This document shows, in pieces, positions 29,249-42,660 of a DNA stretch of 64,000 bases. Source of the DNA: the human T2T-CHM13v2.0 reference genome, Homo sapiens; NCBI RefSeq assembly GCF_009914755.1, contig NC_060926.1; one strand, given 5' to 3'. The stretch's first letter is position 1, and every line of letters begins with the position of its first letter. Under the pieces are notes generated by a model. That model worked only from the letters and a program-made list of their open reading frames with translations. It was not told the DNA's origin and ran no database searches. Both the position numbers and the translations under genes were made by a program.

Positions 29249-29574
29249 GTCCAGGTGCAGTGGCTCAGGCCTGTAATCCTAGCACTTTGGGAGGCTAAAG
29301 GGGGCGGCTCACTTGAGGCCAGAAGTTGGAGACCACCCTTACCAACATGGTGAAACCCTGTCTTTACTAAAATTACAAAAATTAGCCAGGCATAATGGCA
29401 TGTGCCTGTATTACCAGCTTCTCAGGAGGTTGGGATATGAGAATTGCTTGAACCTGGGAAGTGGGAGGTTGCAGTGAGACAAGATCAGGCCACTGCACTC
29501 CAGCCGGGGCAACAGAGGGAGACTTTGTCTCAAACAGACAAACAACAATAACAACAAAACCCTAAAAAAAAAAA
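29249..29574 (+). mobile_element. Alu (old, J/S)
   Basis: Diverged dimer with (CAA)/A-rich tail. Confidence 0.93.
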
Positions 29575-29792
29575 CAGATGAGTAAACTGAGAATTTATAC
29601 TTACAATGGCTTAATAGGTAAGTATTCATTTTTTTCTAAGCGTATATTAATTATGTATTAAATGCAAAAGAGAAAAAAACAAAAAAAGAAATTAACTTTA
29701 TTGAAAACTACTTGAAAAACATGAACAAGAGCTTTTTTCCTTCATAGATATTTATGGCATTCATCCTTCAGTAATAGAAGCAAGAAAAATCT

Positions 29793-29972
29793 GACAGCAA
29801 AACATTGGAGTTTCTTGACAAAAAAAATTATTGGAGTTTTTTGACAAAGCAGTGCTTAACATTGCATGTTTTTGGACAAAAAAATTATTAGAGTTTTCTG
29901 ACAAAGCAATGTTTTATCAAAACAGACAAAAAATTTTTGGAGTTTCTTGACAAAGCAATGTTTTCTACAAAA
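29793..29972. repeat. Degenerate minisatellite-like repeat
   Basis: Core ttggagtttcttgacaaa at ~29805, 29831, 29888 and 29937. Confidence 0.85.
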
Positions 29973-32900
29973 TGAGATTCATTAGATTACTAGTTTGTTT
30001 TTTAATGTGTTCAGATAGTAAAATGACTGGATATCATGATGTCCTTTAAGAAATGATATGGAACATTAATTTAATAAATTTCATCCTATGAAATGGTATG
30101 TTTTATTTTTAAATCACGAAGTTTCTTTTTCTTCCTAGTTTTCTAAGAGTTTAAAATGAATAAATGTTGTTGAATTTTTGAAAGTTTTTTATGCAGCTAT
30201 TAAAATAATCGTATGAGTTTTCTTCTTTGGTTTGTTAATCTGGTGGAATTTATTAATAAATTGTTTTAAGTTAAAACATCCTTTTATTTCTATAATGAAC
30301 CTTCCAACTTGGTCATGGTATGACCCTTTATATATGTTGCCTAGACTTTGATTTGCAAATATTTTGTTTTACATCAATGTTCTTGAATAAAATTAACCTG
30401 TAATTTTCCTTTTCTGTACAAAATGTGTCTGTATTCCTATCAATTTAATTGGAGCAATCTATCCACACCCTCCCCTTTTTTGTTTCCTATAATATTTTGT
30501 GTACACCAGAGTTAGGTTTCTGAAGTTATTACCTCTCACTAGTGAAGCCATCTGAACTTAAATTAGTGAAAATATTTTTGATGATTGATTAAATATCTTC
30601 AATATTATTCATTTCAATTTCTACTTGAATTCATTTTGATGTTATATATTCTGAATAATTAACCTTCCTTATGTGTACTTCTAGATTTATTGGCATAAAA
30701 TAATTTTTAAGTTCTTTTATTGCCTTTTAAATCTGTAACATTTGTTTTTATATTTTGTTTTAATCCTAAAGTTGTTCATTTGGGATTTATATCTTCTTTC
30801 ATGATTAGGATCACTGAAAGTCAATCATTATTGTTCTTCTTTTCAAATGATTAATCTTTCCTTTAAGTGATTATTTGATTTATATTTTATTAATATGTAC
30901 CTGTATCCTGTATCTTTTTTATTGCCTTCAGTATATTTTCTTTGGGTTTATCACGTGTGTGTATGCAATATACAAAGTGAAAATTATAAGTAAATTTCAT
31001 CAAATATATAGTTTTTCTTTAATAGATGTTTACTAGTTAATTTTATGCATTTTTACTTTTCCTAACATAGTCACTTAAAGCGATGTATTTTTCTTAAGGT
31101 TTATTTTAACTTCATCCAAAACTTGAATTATGGTGTTTTTGTTATAATTCAGTTCAAAATTTTAATTTCTATTATGAATTCATTTTTGACTTACCTGTTT
31201 TGAAAAATGCGTTCCATCATTTCTTAGCATACAGTGTTTTTCCAATTATCTCCTAAGTATAGATTTCTAGCCTAATTGAAGTATTAGGCTATGATCAAAA
31301 AGTAATCTGCATTATTACCTTCCTTTGAAAACTTCTAAGACTTTGTATCCAGCATATGCTCATTTTTTGGAAACATTTTATGTGTTCTGGAATAATATAT
31401 TCTCTACTTTTATATAAAGTCTGGTTTGTTAAGATATTACTCAAAACTTCTACATAATTATCTTTTATAAAAGTCTTTATTATATTCAAATGTTCTTTTT
31501 TAAAAATATATACAGTTTAATTTTTCTGTTTCAGGATCCCATTCATCATACCACATTATGTCTAGTTATCATGCCTCCTTAGGTTCCTTATGGCTATGAC
31601 AACTTTTCAGGCTTTGTTTTTAATAATCTTGATGAGTTTTGGTTAATACTGGTCAGATATTTTATAGAATGCTGCTCAGTTGAGACTTGCTGCATAATAT
31701 TCCTAGGATTAGAATGGGTTTAGGTGCTAATGGTGTCTTTTAATGGACACAGGTCTTAATTTTAGTGAAGTCCGGTTTATCAAGCTTTGCTTTTACTAGT
31801 GATCCCTTACGTGTCCTCTATGAATAATTATAGTTTACTCTTTGGGAACAAGGATAGTCTCCTATGCTTACTGCAAAAGTTCTACTATTTACCTTTTGTA
31901 ATTAGATCTGTCCATCTGGGATTGACTTTTGTGTATTGTGTGAAGTGAAGCCAAGGTTTGTTTCCTCCCAAATAGATACCCAGTCAGTATAACAACCTTC
32001 ATTGTGGAAGTCATGCTTTCACTATGGTAGAACTTGTGTCACCTTTGTCATAAATCAGTTGGCTATAAAACTTCTGGCTTGTTTCTGAACTCTTTATTCT
32101 GTTTTCTTGGTCTATTTGTTTATGTTTGTGTTAATAAAAATTTTAATTACTGGATTCATATAATAAATCTTAATATATAGTATTATGACCCTACCAACCT
32201 GTTATTTCCTCTTTAATAGTTGTCCATTTTCAGTATTGTCTTGGCTATGCTTGGCTCTTTACATTTGTATGAACATTTTAGACATAACTTGAATCAACTT
32301 GGCAGTTTATATAACAAAATATGTTCTGATTTTAATTGGAATTGCATTTGTATATTGTAATCTGAAGACATATGTTGGTGAAATTAATAGATGTGCTATA
32401 CTGAGTCTTCCAATCTATGAGTATATGCTATCCTTCTATTGATTTTTCAAACAATATTTTATAGTTTTCTGATTGTTTAAAATGTACGGAAATACAACTG
32501 AATTTATTGTATTGACTTATCCAGTGACTTTTTAAAATTCACCTACCGAATTTAACAGGTTACCCATGAACACGTCTAGATTTTTCATTTATAAAATCAG
32601 TATTCTGCAAATAATTTTTAAGTTTTTATTCTAATGCTTAAAACTTTTTTCCCCTTGCCTTATTGCATAGGTTGAGACATTCAATAAAGTGTTGTACAGA
32701 AGTGATCATTGTAGGCATCTTTATATTCTCCAAATTTTTACTTAAATATTCAATATTTTACCATCAAGTAGATGCTTAATGCAGTTTATTATTGATAACT
32801 TATCAGATTAATAAATTTTTTTAGCTTCTTACTTTGCTAAGAGTTATACCATGAATGAGTGATGAATTTTGAATTTTATTAAAATGCCTTTTCTGAATCT

Positions 32901-33060
32901 ATGTTTTTCCTCCTTTATTCTGTGTAGTGACTAACTTTAAATGATTTTTAAATTTTATTCCAAATTATCTTTTCTGCATAATTATACTTGCTCATGATAT
33001 ATTAACCTTTTTAAATATTGCTAGAATTGATTTCCTAATATTGGGGATATAATTTTTCCA

Positions 33061-34840
33061 TTTTCATATCTAATTTTTATATTGATTTAATTTTTTTTCT
33101 ATTTTGCAGAAAAAATGTTACTGAAATTTTCATAGGGATTGCTTGGAATCTAGATCATTTAGGATAATAGAGGTATTTTTTAACATTAATTATTTCAATC
33201 CACAAACATGGCATATCTTTCCATTTATTTGTGTCTTCCTCAATTTCTTTCATAAATGTTTTACAGTTTAACGTACAGGTATTCACTTCCTTGGTTAATT
33301 TATTCCTAAGTGTTTTGTTTTATTTGCAATTGCAAATGGGATATTTTTTCTTGAAACTTTTTCAGATAGTTTGTTGTTAGTATTTAGAAATGCTATGTTT
33401 TTTTTTATTATACTTTAAGTTTTAGGGTACATGTGCACAAGCTATGAATTTTTGTACGTTGATTTTGTATCATTCAACTTTGCTAAATTTGTTAGTTCTA
33501 ACAGATTTTGGTAGATTTTTTAAGATTTTCTCTCTGTAAGATTATATCATCTGCAAACAGGCAAAATTTAACTTTTTCCTCTCCAATTTGAAAGCCTATT
33601 ATTTCTTTCTCTTGCCTGATTGTTCTAACTAGCTCTTCCAGTATAATGTTGAATATAAGTGGTACGAGTGGGCATCTAAGTCTTGTTTCTGATCTTAGAA
33701 AAAATGCCCTCAACCCTTCCTCATTGAGTATGATGTTAGCTGTGAATTCGTCATACCTGGTGTTTACTTTGTTGAGGTACATTTCTTCTTTTTCTATACC
33801 CATTTTCTTGAGAGTTTTTAATAATGAAAGGATATTGAATTTTGTCAAATAACTTTCCTGCATCTATTTAAATGATCTTTTTTTTTCTTTATTTTGTTAA
33901 TTTGGAATATGACATTTATAGATCTGCAGATGTTGTACCATTCTTCTGTCACTGGGATAAACCCCACCTGATCATGTTGAATAATATTTTTAATGTCATA
34001 TTGAATTTAGTTTGTTAGTATTTTGTTGAGGATTCTTGCATCTATGTATAAGTGGGATATTGACCTGTAATATTCTTTTCTTGTAGTGTCCTTGTCTGGG
34101 TTTTGTGTCAGGATAATGCTAGCCTCATAGAATGAGTATGAAAGTATTCTTTCTTTATTTTATTGGAAGAAATTGAGAAGGACTGGTGTTTGTTTTTCTT
34201 TAAATGTTTGGTAAATTCAGCAGAGACACCATCAGATCCTGGGCCTTTCTTTGATGAGAGACTTCTAATTCAATCTCCTTACTTGTTATTGATCTGTTTG
34301 GATATTCCTATTTCTTCATGATTCAGTCTTGACAGGTTGTATGTGTCTAAGAATTTCTCCTTACTTGTTATTGGTTTGAGTTTTCTATTTCTTTATGATT
34401 TAGTCTTGACAGATTTATGTGCCTAAACATTTATCCATTTCTTCTGGGTTATTCAATTTGTTGGCATATAATTGCTTATAGTAGTTTTATATGATCCTTT
34501 ATATTTCTGTGGTGTCATCATTATATCTCCTTTTTCATTTCTAACTTTATTTATTCAAGCTTTCTTTCCTTTTTTGTGTGTTAGTCTAGCCGAAGTTTTG
34601 TCAATTTGTTGATCCTTACAAATACAACTTAGTTTCAGTGATTTTTCTATTGTTTTTCTAGTTTCTATTTTACTTATTTCTGCTTTTTGTTACTTCTTCC
34701 TTTTACTAACTTGGGGCTCAGTTTGTTCTTTTTCTAGTTCCTTCAGTTATAACATTAAGTTGCTTATCCGAAATGTTTCTTATTTTTTGATGTAGGAATT
34801 TATTGCTATAAACTTCCCTCTTGGAACTGCTTTTGATGCA
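33061..34840 (-). mobile_element. Younger L1 (L1MA/PB-like) ORF2 segment inserted in older L1M; includes RT remnant
   Basis: 33498-33863 encodes TRLRCPLVPLIFNIILEEL...KFCLFADDIIL (L1 RT motifs); host L1 sequence resumes at ~34841. Confidence 0.85.
33398..33440 (-). mobile_element. 43-bp L1PA 3'-terminal stub
   Basis: ttttattatactttaagttttagggtacatgtgcacaa flanked by gctatg (33392-33397 / 33441-33446). Confidence 0.85.
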
Positions 34841-35215
34841 ACATGTATTGTTATGAGAGGAATTGGCTACATATTTTTTTCTTTCTTACAATATTCTTGT
34901 GATAATTTGCCAAAAGGTTATGATAGCCCTTTAAAATGATTTGTAAACATTACCTATTTTCTTTGCTGATGTAAGTTTTGCATAAAATTATTGTTATGTC
35001 TATTTTAAATATTTTGAAAAATTCAATAAAAATATATGGATTGATATTAATTTAACATAACACTGGAAGATTAATTTTTAAATTTTTTTTGCTTCCGTTT
35101 TGATATATCGCATTTTTCTAGGAGGTTATTGGTTTCATATAGAAATTTATCAACAAAACATTGCTCATTATACACTCTTATTTTCAACATAGAGGATTTT
35201 TACTGATGCTCTTGT

Positions 35216-35342
35216 CTTTCATAATTAATAATATTAATAAAATTAGCTAATAATGATAATTTGCACTCCCATCTCGCTTCCTTTCATAATTAATATTAAT
35301 AAAATTACCTAATAATGATAATTTGCACTCCCATCTTGCTTT
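35216..35342. repeat. Tandem duplication, 65/62-bp units
   Basis: ctttcataattaat...aatgataatttgcactcccatct present twice, head to tail. Confidence 0.92.
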
Positions 35343-38300
35343 CTTTCATATCTCTCTTTTTCTCTTTCCTATCTCTTTCACTCTCTCTTTCTCTCCATCA
35401 TTCTTATCGCAGTCGAGATGATCATGTCAATTTTATATCTTTTCAAAGATAAGCCTAATGATTTTTTTCTATTATATATTTATTTTCTTTCAAAATTTTA
35501 CCCTTATCTGTATTATTTTCTTCCTTCTACTTTCCTTGAATTCAATTATCTCTTTACAACTTGTTATAGTGGATACCTAAATATAATTAATATTTATAAA
35601 CTTATTTGAATATATGAATTCTAAACTATAAACTTATCTTAAAACACAGATTTAGCCACAAGTTTGATACATTTATTTAATTTATTATTATTTAGTTTAA
35701 AGTATTTTCAAACTTTCATTTTTCTTTCTTTATTGACTTATGGATTTTATAGAATTGCATTTCTTAGTTTCCAAGAAATATCTGGGTACATAAATATTTC
35801 AAGTTCTCATAAACATCTTCCAAAATTCAGTACACACATGTTCTACATGCCCTGGAAAATTCTGTACATTCTTTCATTGCTGAAGGAAGTAATCCGTTCA
35901 TTTCAACCAGGCAACTAGTTTGATCACAATGTTTACATTCTCTATATGCTTACAGTTGTCGTTGTTGTTTTGTTTTCTTGGTGTTTTTTTTTGTTTTTTT
36001 TTTTTGTTGTTGTTGTTGGCTTGTACTATCAGTTACCGGGAGAGTTCTGTTAGTTTTCACTATGATTTTGATTTGTAATTTCTTGTGTAAGTCTGTTAAT
36101 ATTACTATTATATATTTTTAATCTCTGTTGTCAAGTTTATACAAATGTAACAGTGTTATATCCTTTTATTACAATAACCCTTGTATCATTGTGAACTGCT
36201 GCTAAGTATCTGTTGTCATATTTCTTATCTCCTTAACTTCTATTATTGACAAGGTAGCTTTCATGTGTGATAGATGTTTTCCCAACATTTTACTTTTAAC
36301 CTTTTATGTGTCACTATATTTAAATTGTCTTTGTCGGTAATTTTGACTATATTTTTAAAAATCTGTATTTTAAAAATACATATTTAAAGTTGTTCCTACT
36401 TTAATCAAAACATTTGTCTACTAACACCTAATGTATTTCTTGACAATAGTTGGCTTTATATTTAGCTTTCAGTTTTTTTTCTATTTGTCCCACATGTTTT
36501 ATGTTCTTTCTTCTCTCCTTGTGATTCAATTTTTTAAATTATTAATCAATTTTCATTTAATTAGCTTGTCAGCTATACATTTTTAAAAATTATTTCAGTG
36601 GTTACAATATGTAAATTTGACTTCTTATAGTTAGAAATAAATTATTTTTTACCTCTTATCTGCAAATGTGATTATCATGAAATACATTTATGCCACTAAT
36701 TCTTTTTGTGTTATTTCATCATGTATTTTTAATTCCACATATATTTTGTGCTTCTCAATACATTAATACTATTGTTTTGTACAATCAATATCTACCCATA
36801 TAATAAGTTTTACTAGACCTTTCATTCCCTCATGCATTTCTTAACTTCTGACTATGATCAATCACATTTCTGTCTAATAAATCCTTTTTTTCTCAGTGTT
36901 TTCTTCTTTAAGTGCAGATCCGCTGGCAGTAACCTTTTTAGTTTTTGTTTGAGTGGAAATATTTTTATGTCATCTGTATTTTTAAAGGATATTTTCACCT
37001 GCAATGGAATTATTTCGAGATAGTTATTTTCTTTTGCCTCTTTAAAAATATCATTCCATTGTATTACCACTTCTTTTGTTTCTGTTTCAAAGCCAGTTGT
37101 CAATCTCAATGCCTTTTTCCATCTCTGCATGCAAGATTTTTCCCCTTGTTTTCTGTTATCAAGCTTCACAGGAATACACTTAGGAATGAGTTTCTTCATA
37201 TTTAACGGGCTTGGGATTCATAATGTGTATTTTTTGTGCAGCTTGGGAATTTTCACAAGTTGGGGAAATTCTCAACAATTCAAATATTGCTTCTGCCTCT
37301 ATATGCCCTGCCCTTCAGTCTTCACTGTGTCCCATAGGTCACTTATACTCTCTTCTCTAATATCCACATACTTTTTTTCTTCCTTTCTTAAGCCCAGATT
37401 ATTTTTACTCACTTAACATTCTACTAATTATTACTTAAAGTACTTTTGCTTAACCTGTAGGTAACGCTGTTATCAGTTTCCATTATTACATTTTAGTTCA
37501 ATAATTTCCATTTGTTTATTTTCCATTAGACAACAGTTCTGTAGTGAAATCCTTCCTGTTATTATCTGTGTTCTTGGATATATTAATCAAGAATGTGTGT
37601 CTAGTCTCAGAACTACAACTGGACCATCTGTGTTTTGTTGCTCTTGTTAGTTTCATTTTTCTCATCTTGGCTTTTTCCATATTCCTATTTTTTAATATTT
37701 TATTTGAGTGCTAGATATTGTGCATGAAAAATTTAGAGTGGTTAAGTAATATTTGTTTCTTTCAGGTAGAATTGATTCTATCCTTTTTTAGGCAACCTAA
37801 GCAGGAGCAGATTAGTTTATTCAACCAAGGAATGAGTTGATTTCAGGATGTGGTATGGTTTTGGGAAAGCTTTGTGGACCTCTATTTGTCAGCTCCTTAG
37901 TTTAGCTCTCAGAGATCACAAATGAGAGCCTGAGGAGGGTTTACAGAAGGCCCTGCTCCTTTGCTGGTGAAGAACTCCCATTTTTGTCTCCCCTTTACCA
38001 TGTCACGCTTTATAACTGTATTGATTTTCAAGTATGCTTTTAGTTTATTTGTCTCTTTCCCCAAGCACCTTAGGAATTCAACAAACGCTACTAGGAAAAG
38101 AAACAAAAACAAACACACAAGCAAAAAAAAGAAGAAAAAAAAAAACACACATTTGGCTCGTTTCTCAGGACCTACCTTTTCTCCCACATTTTGGCCTCTC
38201 AAATCCTGCCTGCCTTGGGACTCTTGCATTCCAATACTGTCAGGCTGCCAAAGCTGCTCGCTTCTCTGGCTCTTGGTGGCTTCACTCTGCCTGGTTTCAC

Positions 38301-39674
38301 AGTCTCCCACCTAACACTAAGACTTGGTAATTCTGTTATTTGGTAAACTATGACAAAATGGTGGACTCTTCTTCCAATGGCTTCCTCTTCTCTAAGATCT
38401 TGGTGTCTTGATGTTGTTTACCTGGTAGCTCTGGATGACTTCGAATAGACCTTAACATATATTTTCCCTGGCTTTTCTCATTGTATTTAGTAGCAACTTT
38501 GGTCTGCTGTAACCTATTCATCGCAGCCTTCTTCTATGACTTAAGAATTTTTTAATATATTTTTTTGTAGCTCTTTAAATCGTCTTTAGCCAGTGAGTTG
38601 ATCCAAGTATTCTTACGGTTCTATTATCTTGATGTATTTCTAGGCACACATAAATTTCTATGTGCCAGTTCCAGTGGAGATGGTGGCATTACTTCTACAT
38701 TTTATAGAGGTTCAGAGATTCTGTTACCCCTTTTACAAAATAAGTGGCAGACTTTAGAGAATATCAGTTTTATATGACACCAAGTCTTAATAGTACAATA
38801 AGCTTACAAGCACCCATGATTACTAAAAAATTCAAGCAGTTAAATTATACATTATAGGCTATTTCTAATTTGGTTACCTAATATTAATTTGCTATGTTTT
38901 ATTCACATGATAATATATTAGCACTCGTTAGAGGATAACGGTAGCAGATGCCTTCATTGTAAAGTCCAAATACATAGAAAAAAATGTTAAACTAAGAAAA
39001 TTCTATCAGCTTATTTTTTCAAGAAACTGGGATTTTCTTTGATATCATTAACAGATGATATTCAACCAGTTCTTACAGCCCAGAGTAGAAATAATCTGAT
39101 GACCTCTTTGGTATTACAAGAGGAATCTGCATATTCCATTTATTTACTTGTCTGTTCAATTATTTATTAAGAAACTGACATCTGGATACATTAAAGACAT
39201 ATTATTCATTGTTAGCAGATCTGGGACTAGAATTTTTAATATGTTTTTTAATGTAATAGTAAATACCAGAAATGGATGATTAAATAGTATAAGGCATGGT
39301 CTTTGCTCTCTGGGAGCTCTCAGTTTAGTTTATGAAGTTCCAAATAAATGGTATAACCAAAAACTGTATGAGGCCTTATACGATTTCAGAGAAAGCAGAG
39401 ATAAGTTTGGACAGTATTTATCTAAGTAAGAGAGTTTTAAAAATCTGCAGGAGTTAAGCAAATCAGGAGGAAGAGGCAATGAATTTCAAAAAAATCAAGA
39501 TATCTTAACAGCTATGTCAACACTTAGTTCTGTACCCATTGCATAGAAAGAAATCACAAAGAAGAGAGGAAAATAGACACCTCCTGAGTTCTGTAGACTA
39601 GAAAAAATTTCTTATGATGCTTTTAAATAAACTTTGAAGCCAACTTCTCCTTTAGAAGAGATACCACACTCCAT

Positions 39675-39933
39675 GCTGTCTGCCATGAAGGGCAGAAGAA
39701 GGCAAGTGTATCAATCACTCTGTCCAGTTTTGGGTCTTTCAATGTCTGTTCCCATCTCAAATCTTACTACACAATAAGAAGATAAATTGGTTGGGCAACA
39801 AGAGCTCTCCGCCATGAAAGGAAGAAGAAGGTAAGTATATCAATCATTCTGTCCAGTTTTGGGGTCTTTTAATGTCTGTCCCCATCTCAAATCTTACTAT
39901 ACAATAAGAAGAGAAATTGGTCGGGCAACAAGA
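39675..39933. repeat. Tandem duplication, 129/130-bp units
   Basis: 39675-39803 and 39804-39933, about 12 substitutions and 1 indel by manual alignment. Confidence 0.95.
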
Positions 39934-41374
39934 GGAAAGTAGGAATAAGGAATAAAGATTTTTTTAAAAAAAATTTGACACATTGAAGAAAACCACATGT
40001 TATCTACAATTTTTTTTACAAGCGAAATACCTGTAATAAAATTTATTTTGCAAGAGAAGAAATAGCCTAAGGGTCTATAATACTGCAGAACAGCTTTCTT
40101 GATAGTGAGGTTCATCTTAGTCTTCAGGAAGAGCTTATAAAATGGATTGTTTTCTTCAGTGAGACACTAGGCATTTATTGTGCAACTAGACTGTGTAGAA
40201 TGTTGGGAACTAGTTCTGAGACAAATGCTGAAGAAGAAACTCACATTACAAATACACAAAGCACATTACTTATGTATTTGGAGAATTTTTATTTCTTAAA
40301 ATAAACAGTGAGATTTCACTTTAATAGTTTTTTTGTTTGCCTTCACACTTGCCAGCAATGCTGCACTAAAACCAGAAATATAGCCAACCATTTTTGACTA
40401 AAATCAGAAGAAAACTGAGTCTTTGGTTAGAAAAAGATACACATAGAGAAGACTGTAAATCACTAGAAAGAAACAATAAAACCTGCTTATTTACATCTTT
40501 GCTGCAACAAAATACGTAGATTACAAATGACTTATTCTTGGAAAGAGTGCCTCAAATCCAAATTGTAGCATATCCCACAATCAAAATAAACATGAAAATG
40601 CTGTCAAATATGACTCTATGTCCCAAACATCCCATCCTCTGCATTAAAAATGAATGAAATGAGAAAAAGGAAAAAACCATCTGCAATTTAGATTTGTCAT
40701 TCTTTTGTTATCTTCATGCATTTTATGAAAAAGTGGCTGGCAAAGTACTGAAAACCCTTCAGGAATTCAATTTTTATATATTTGGTTGCAATTTTTATAT
40801 TTGGAATAACGCTTATTTTGGAATAGACAGCTGTTAAAGTCTGTTATTGCAGACTTTAATGTCTGTTTTTGCCTAGTTGTCATTTTCCTTTAGGCTACAA
40901 CCCCATTTTTGCTATAGCTAAAATAAAGAGGTGTTAGACATTACATACTGGAGTGAGAGATGAAACAGGAAGAAAATTTTACGATCATTAGTCAGGGAGC
41001 ACTGATCAGAGTACAACTGGAAGTTCCATATCTTTGCCTTTAAATTTTTGTCAAAATGTACATGTTCTGGATCATTAAGAAAAGAACATTCAGTACAGCA
41101 TAAAGTACAAGTCAGTGAGACCCCACTGGGTTCTACGTTCTTCACAACTTTTTTTTTTAATTGCTCTATGATAAAAAAAATTCTCATATATTTTATGAAC
41201 TTTGCAAAATAGTGATACAACTTTCTCAAGGAGGACTTTGCTAACATACACATATCTTTAATCATATTCCTTAAGGGAGCAAAGGAACCAACTTCCTGAT
41301 TCAATAGGAGGGTTAAGATGCTACTTTATAAGCCAAGTTGTGCAGCTCTTGAATCAACTGTGTGACAGATGAAA

Positions 41375-41408
41375 GTGTGTGTGTGCGTGTGTGTGTGTGT
41401 GTGTGTGT
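41375..41408. repeat. (GT)n microsatellite
   Basis: About 17 GT units with one GC interruption. Confidence 0.95.
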
Positions 41409-42156
41409 AGCTGTATGACTGTAGGATGTTCTTGGGTCACCTTGCTCCTACTACTGTTGTGATGGCTACTCACACAATGGTTTAATTCAGTCTGGCTCAC
41501 CAAGAATAGATCTCTCACTTAGCAATTGTTTTCAATAAGAAAAGAAGTACAAGGAAACCTTGGAGGTGCTCAGTTCAGGCATGTGAGCCATTGGAGCCTG
41601 TGCCACAACAGGCCCACAAATGATAAGCATGCACAACCGATTGCACAAAGCCAGGGGAGAGACAACCGGGGTGATGTATGTATGAATATCATTCAGTGCT
41701 GGGTTTAAATTGAGCAACATTGCAAAGGAGCTTACACAGTTTTTTGACAGACTATAAATACATTGTCACCTACTGTTTGTAATTGAAGAATACATTTACT
41801 CATCTTTTTTCCTATTGGTAATGGAAATTTAAGCCCTGCCAATAACTATTCTCCCAAGGACAACCAAAGAAGGATGTAAAGTGCTGTGATTAATAACAGG
41901 ATTATTTAGTTATGTTTACAGAGCTAGGTGTCCAAAATTTCACGCAAAATTATTAAAATCTCTGAATAAAAAATTTCCATCATGGGGTAACTCAATGCCC
42001 ACCTCACCCCCAAATAATAATAAGCTACAAAGAGAGATATAGAATCTAGTTTCTGAAGAACACTACAGTTAATTTCTTCATTGATTTGATCCTTTTTAAC
42101 CCAGTAAAGAGGAGAAAGGTAACTACCATTCTTTGCTTTGTCAAATGTATATTTAA

Positions 42157-42270
42157 TTTTTGGTATATATGTAGATAAGCTGGTGACTTAGCCCTACCCT
42201 GAACTATAGAAAAGAATTTATAGTTCAGGGTAGGGCTAAGTCACCAGCATATCTTGATATATACCAGAAA
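42157..42270. repeat. Long inverted repeat / hairpin
   Basis: 42179-42208 is the exact reverse complement of 42219-42248; arms extend to 52 bp with 4 mismatches. Confidence 0.97.
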
Positions 42271-42660
42271 ATAGGCCTACAGAAAGTTGTACATTCAGCA
42301 AGACAGTTGTGTAGTATAAAACAAAAATATCAGCAACCATTTTATGAATCAATTAAAGAAAGTAATGGATTATCAATATGCAGCTCTTACATCTAGAATC
42401 CAAATGAAATATATATACCATTGAAACAAAACAGTAACGTTGCCAGAAACCTCTTCAATTATTTCTGCTAGGTGGGCATCTACTCCCAGGTGTGAGGTGC
42501 TTTTGGCTTGCAAAACTGTAGACTTGGAAAATGGCCACATTTGTCCAGAACAGAATTTAAGAGGAACATCAGCTAGGATGCAAGAGCAGATGCTAACACA
42601 GCATTGGGAAGAATAACAACGTGAATATTTTGAAAGGGAGGCCCTCTGGGTTTCCTGGGC

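Larger units (their letters stand above)
30110..37800 (-). mobile_element. Block of old L1M fragments (3' UTR, ORF2, ORF1), nested
   Basis: T-rich antisense L1 motifs throughout; ORF1 C-terminal remnant 36858-37199 (WNDIFK...KISFKN..IKIF..KQKL). Confidence 0.8.

Noticed and set aside
29793-29972. Repeat-spacer pattern as a CRISPR array
   Set aside because: Primate DNA, no cas genes, irregular spacing, and spacers built from the repeat itself
33498-33863. Reverse transcriptase ORF (FADD motif) as a retron, DGR or novel RT system
   Set aside because: It is a fragment of LINE-1 ORF2 in a decayed L1, with stops on both sides
40918-41304. 128-aa minus-strand ORF in unique sequence
   Set aside because: Non-ATG start, runs through homopolymers, no recognisable domain
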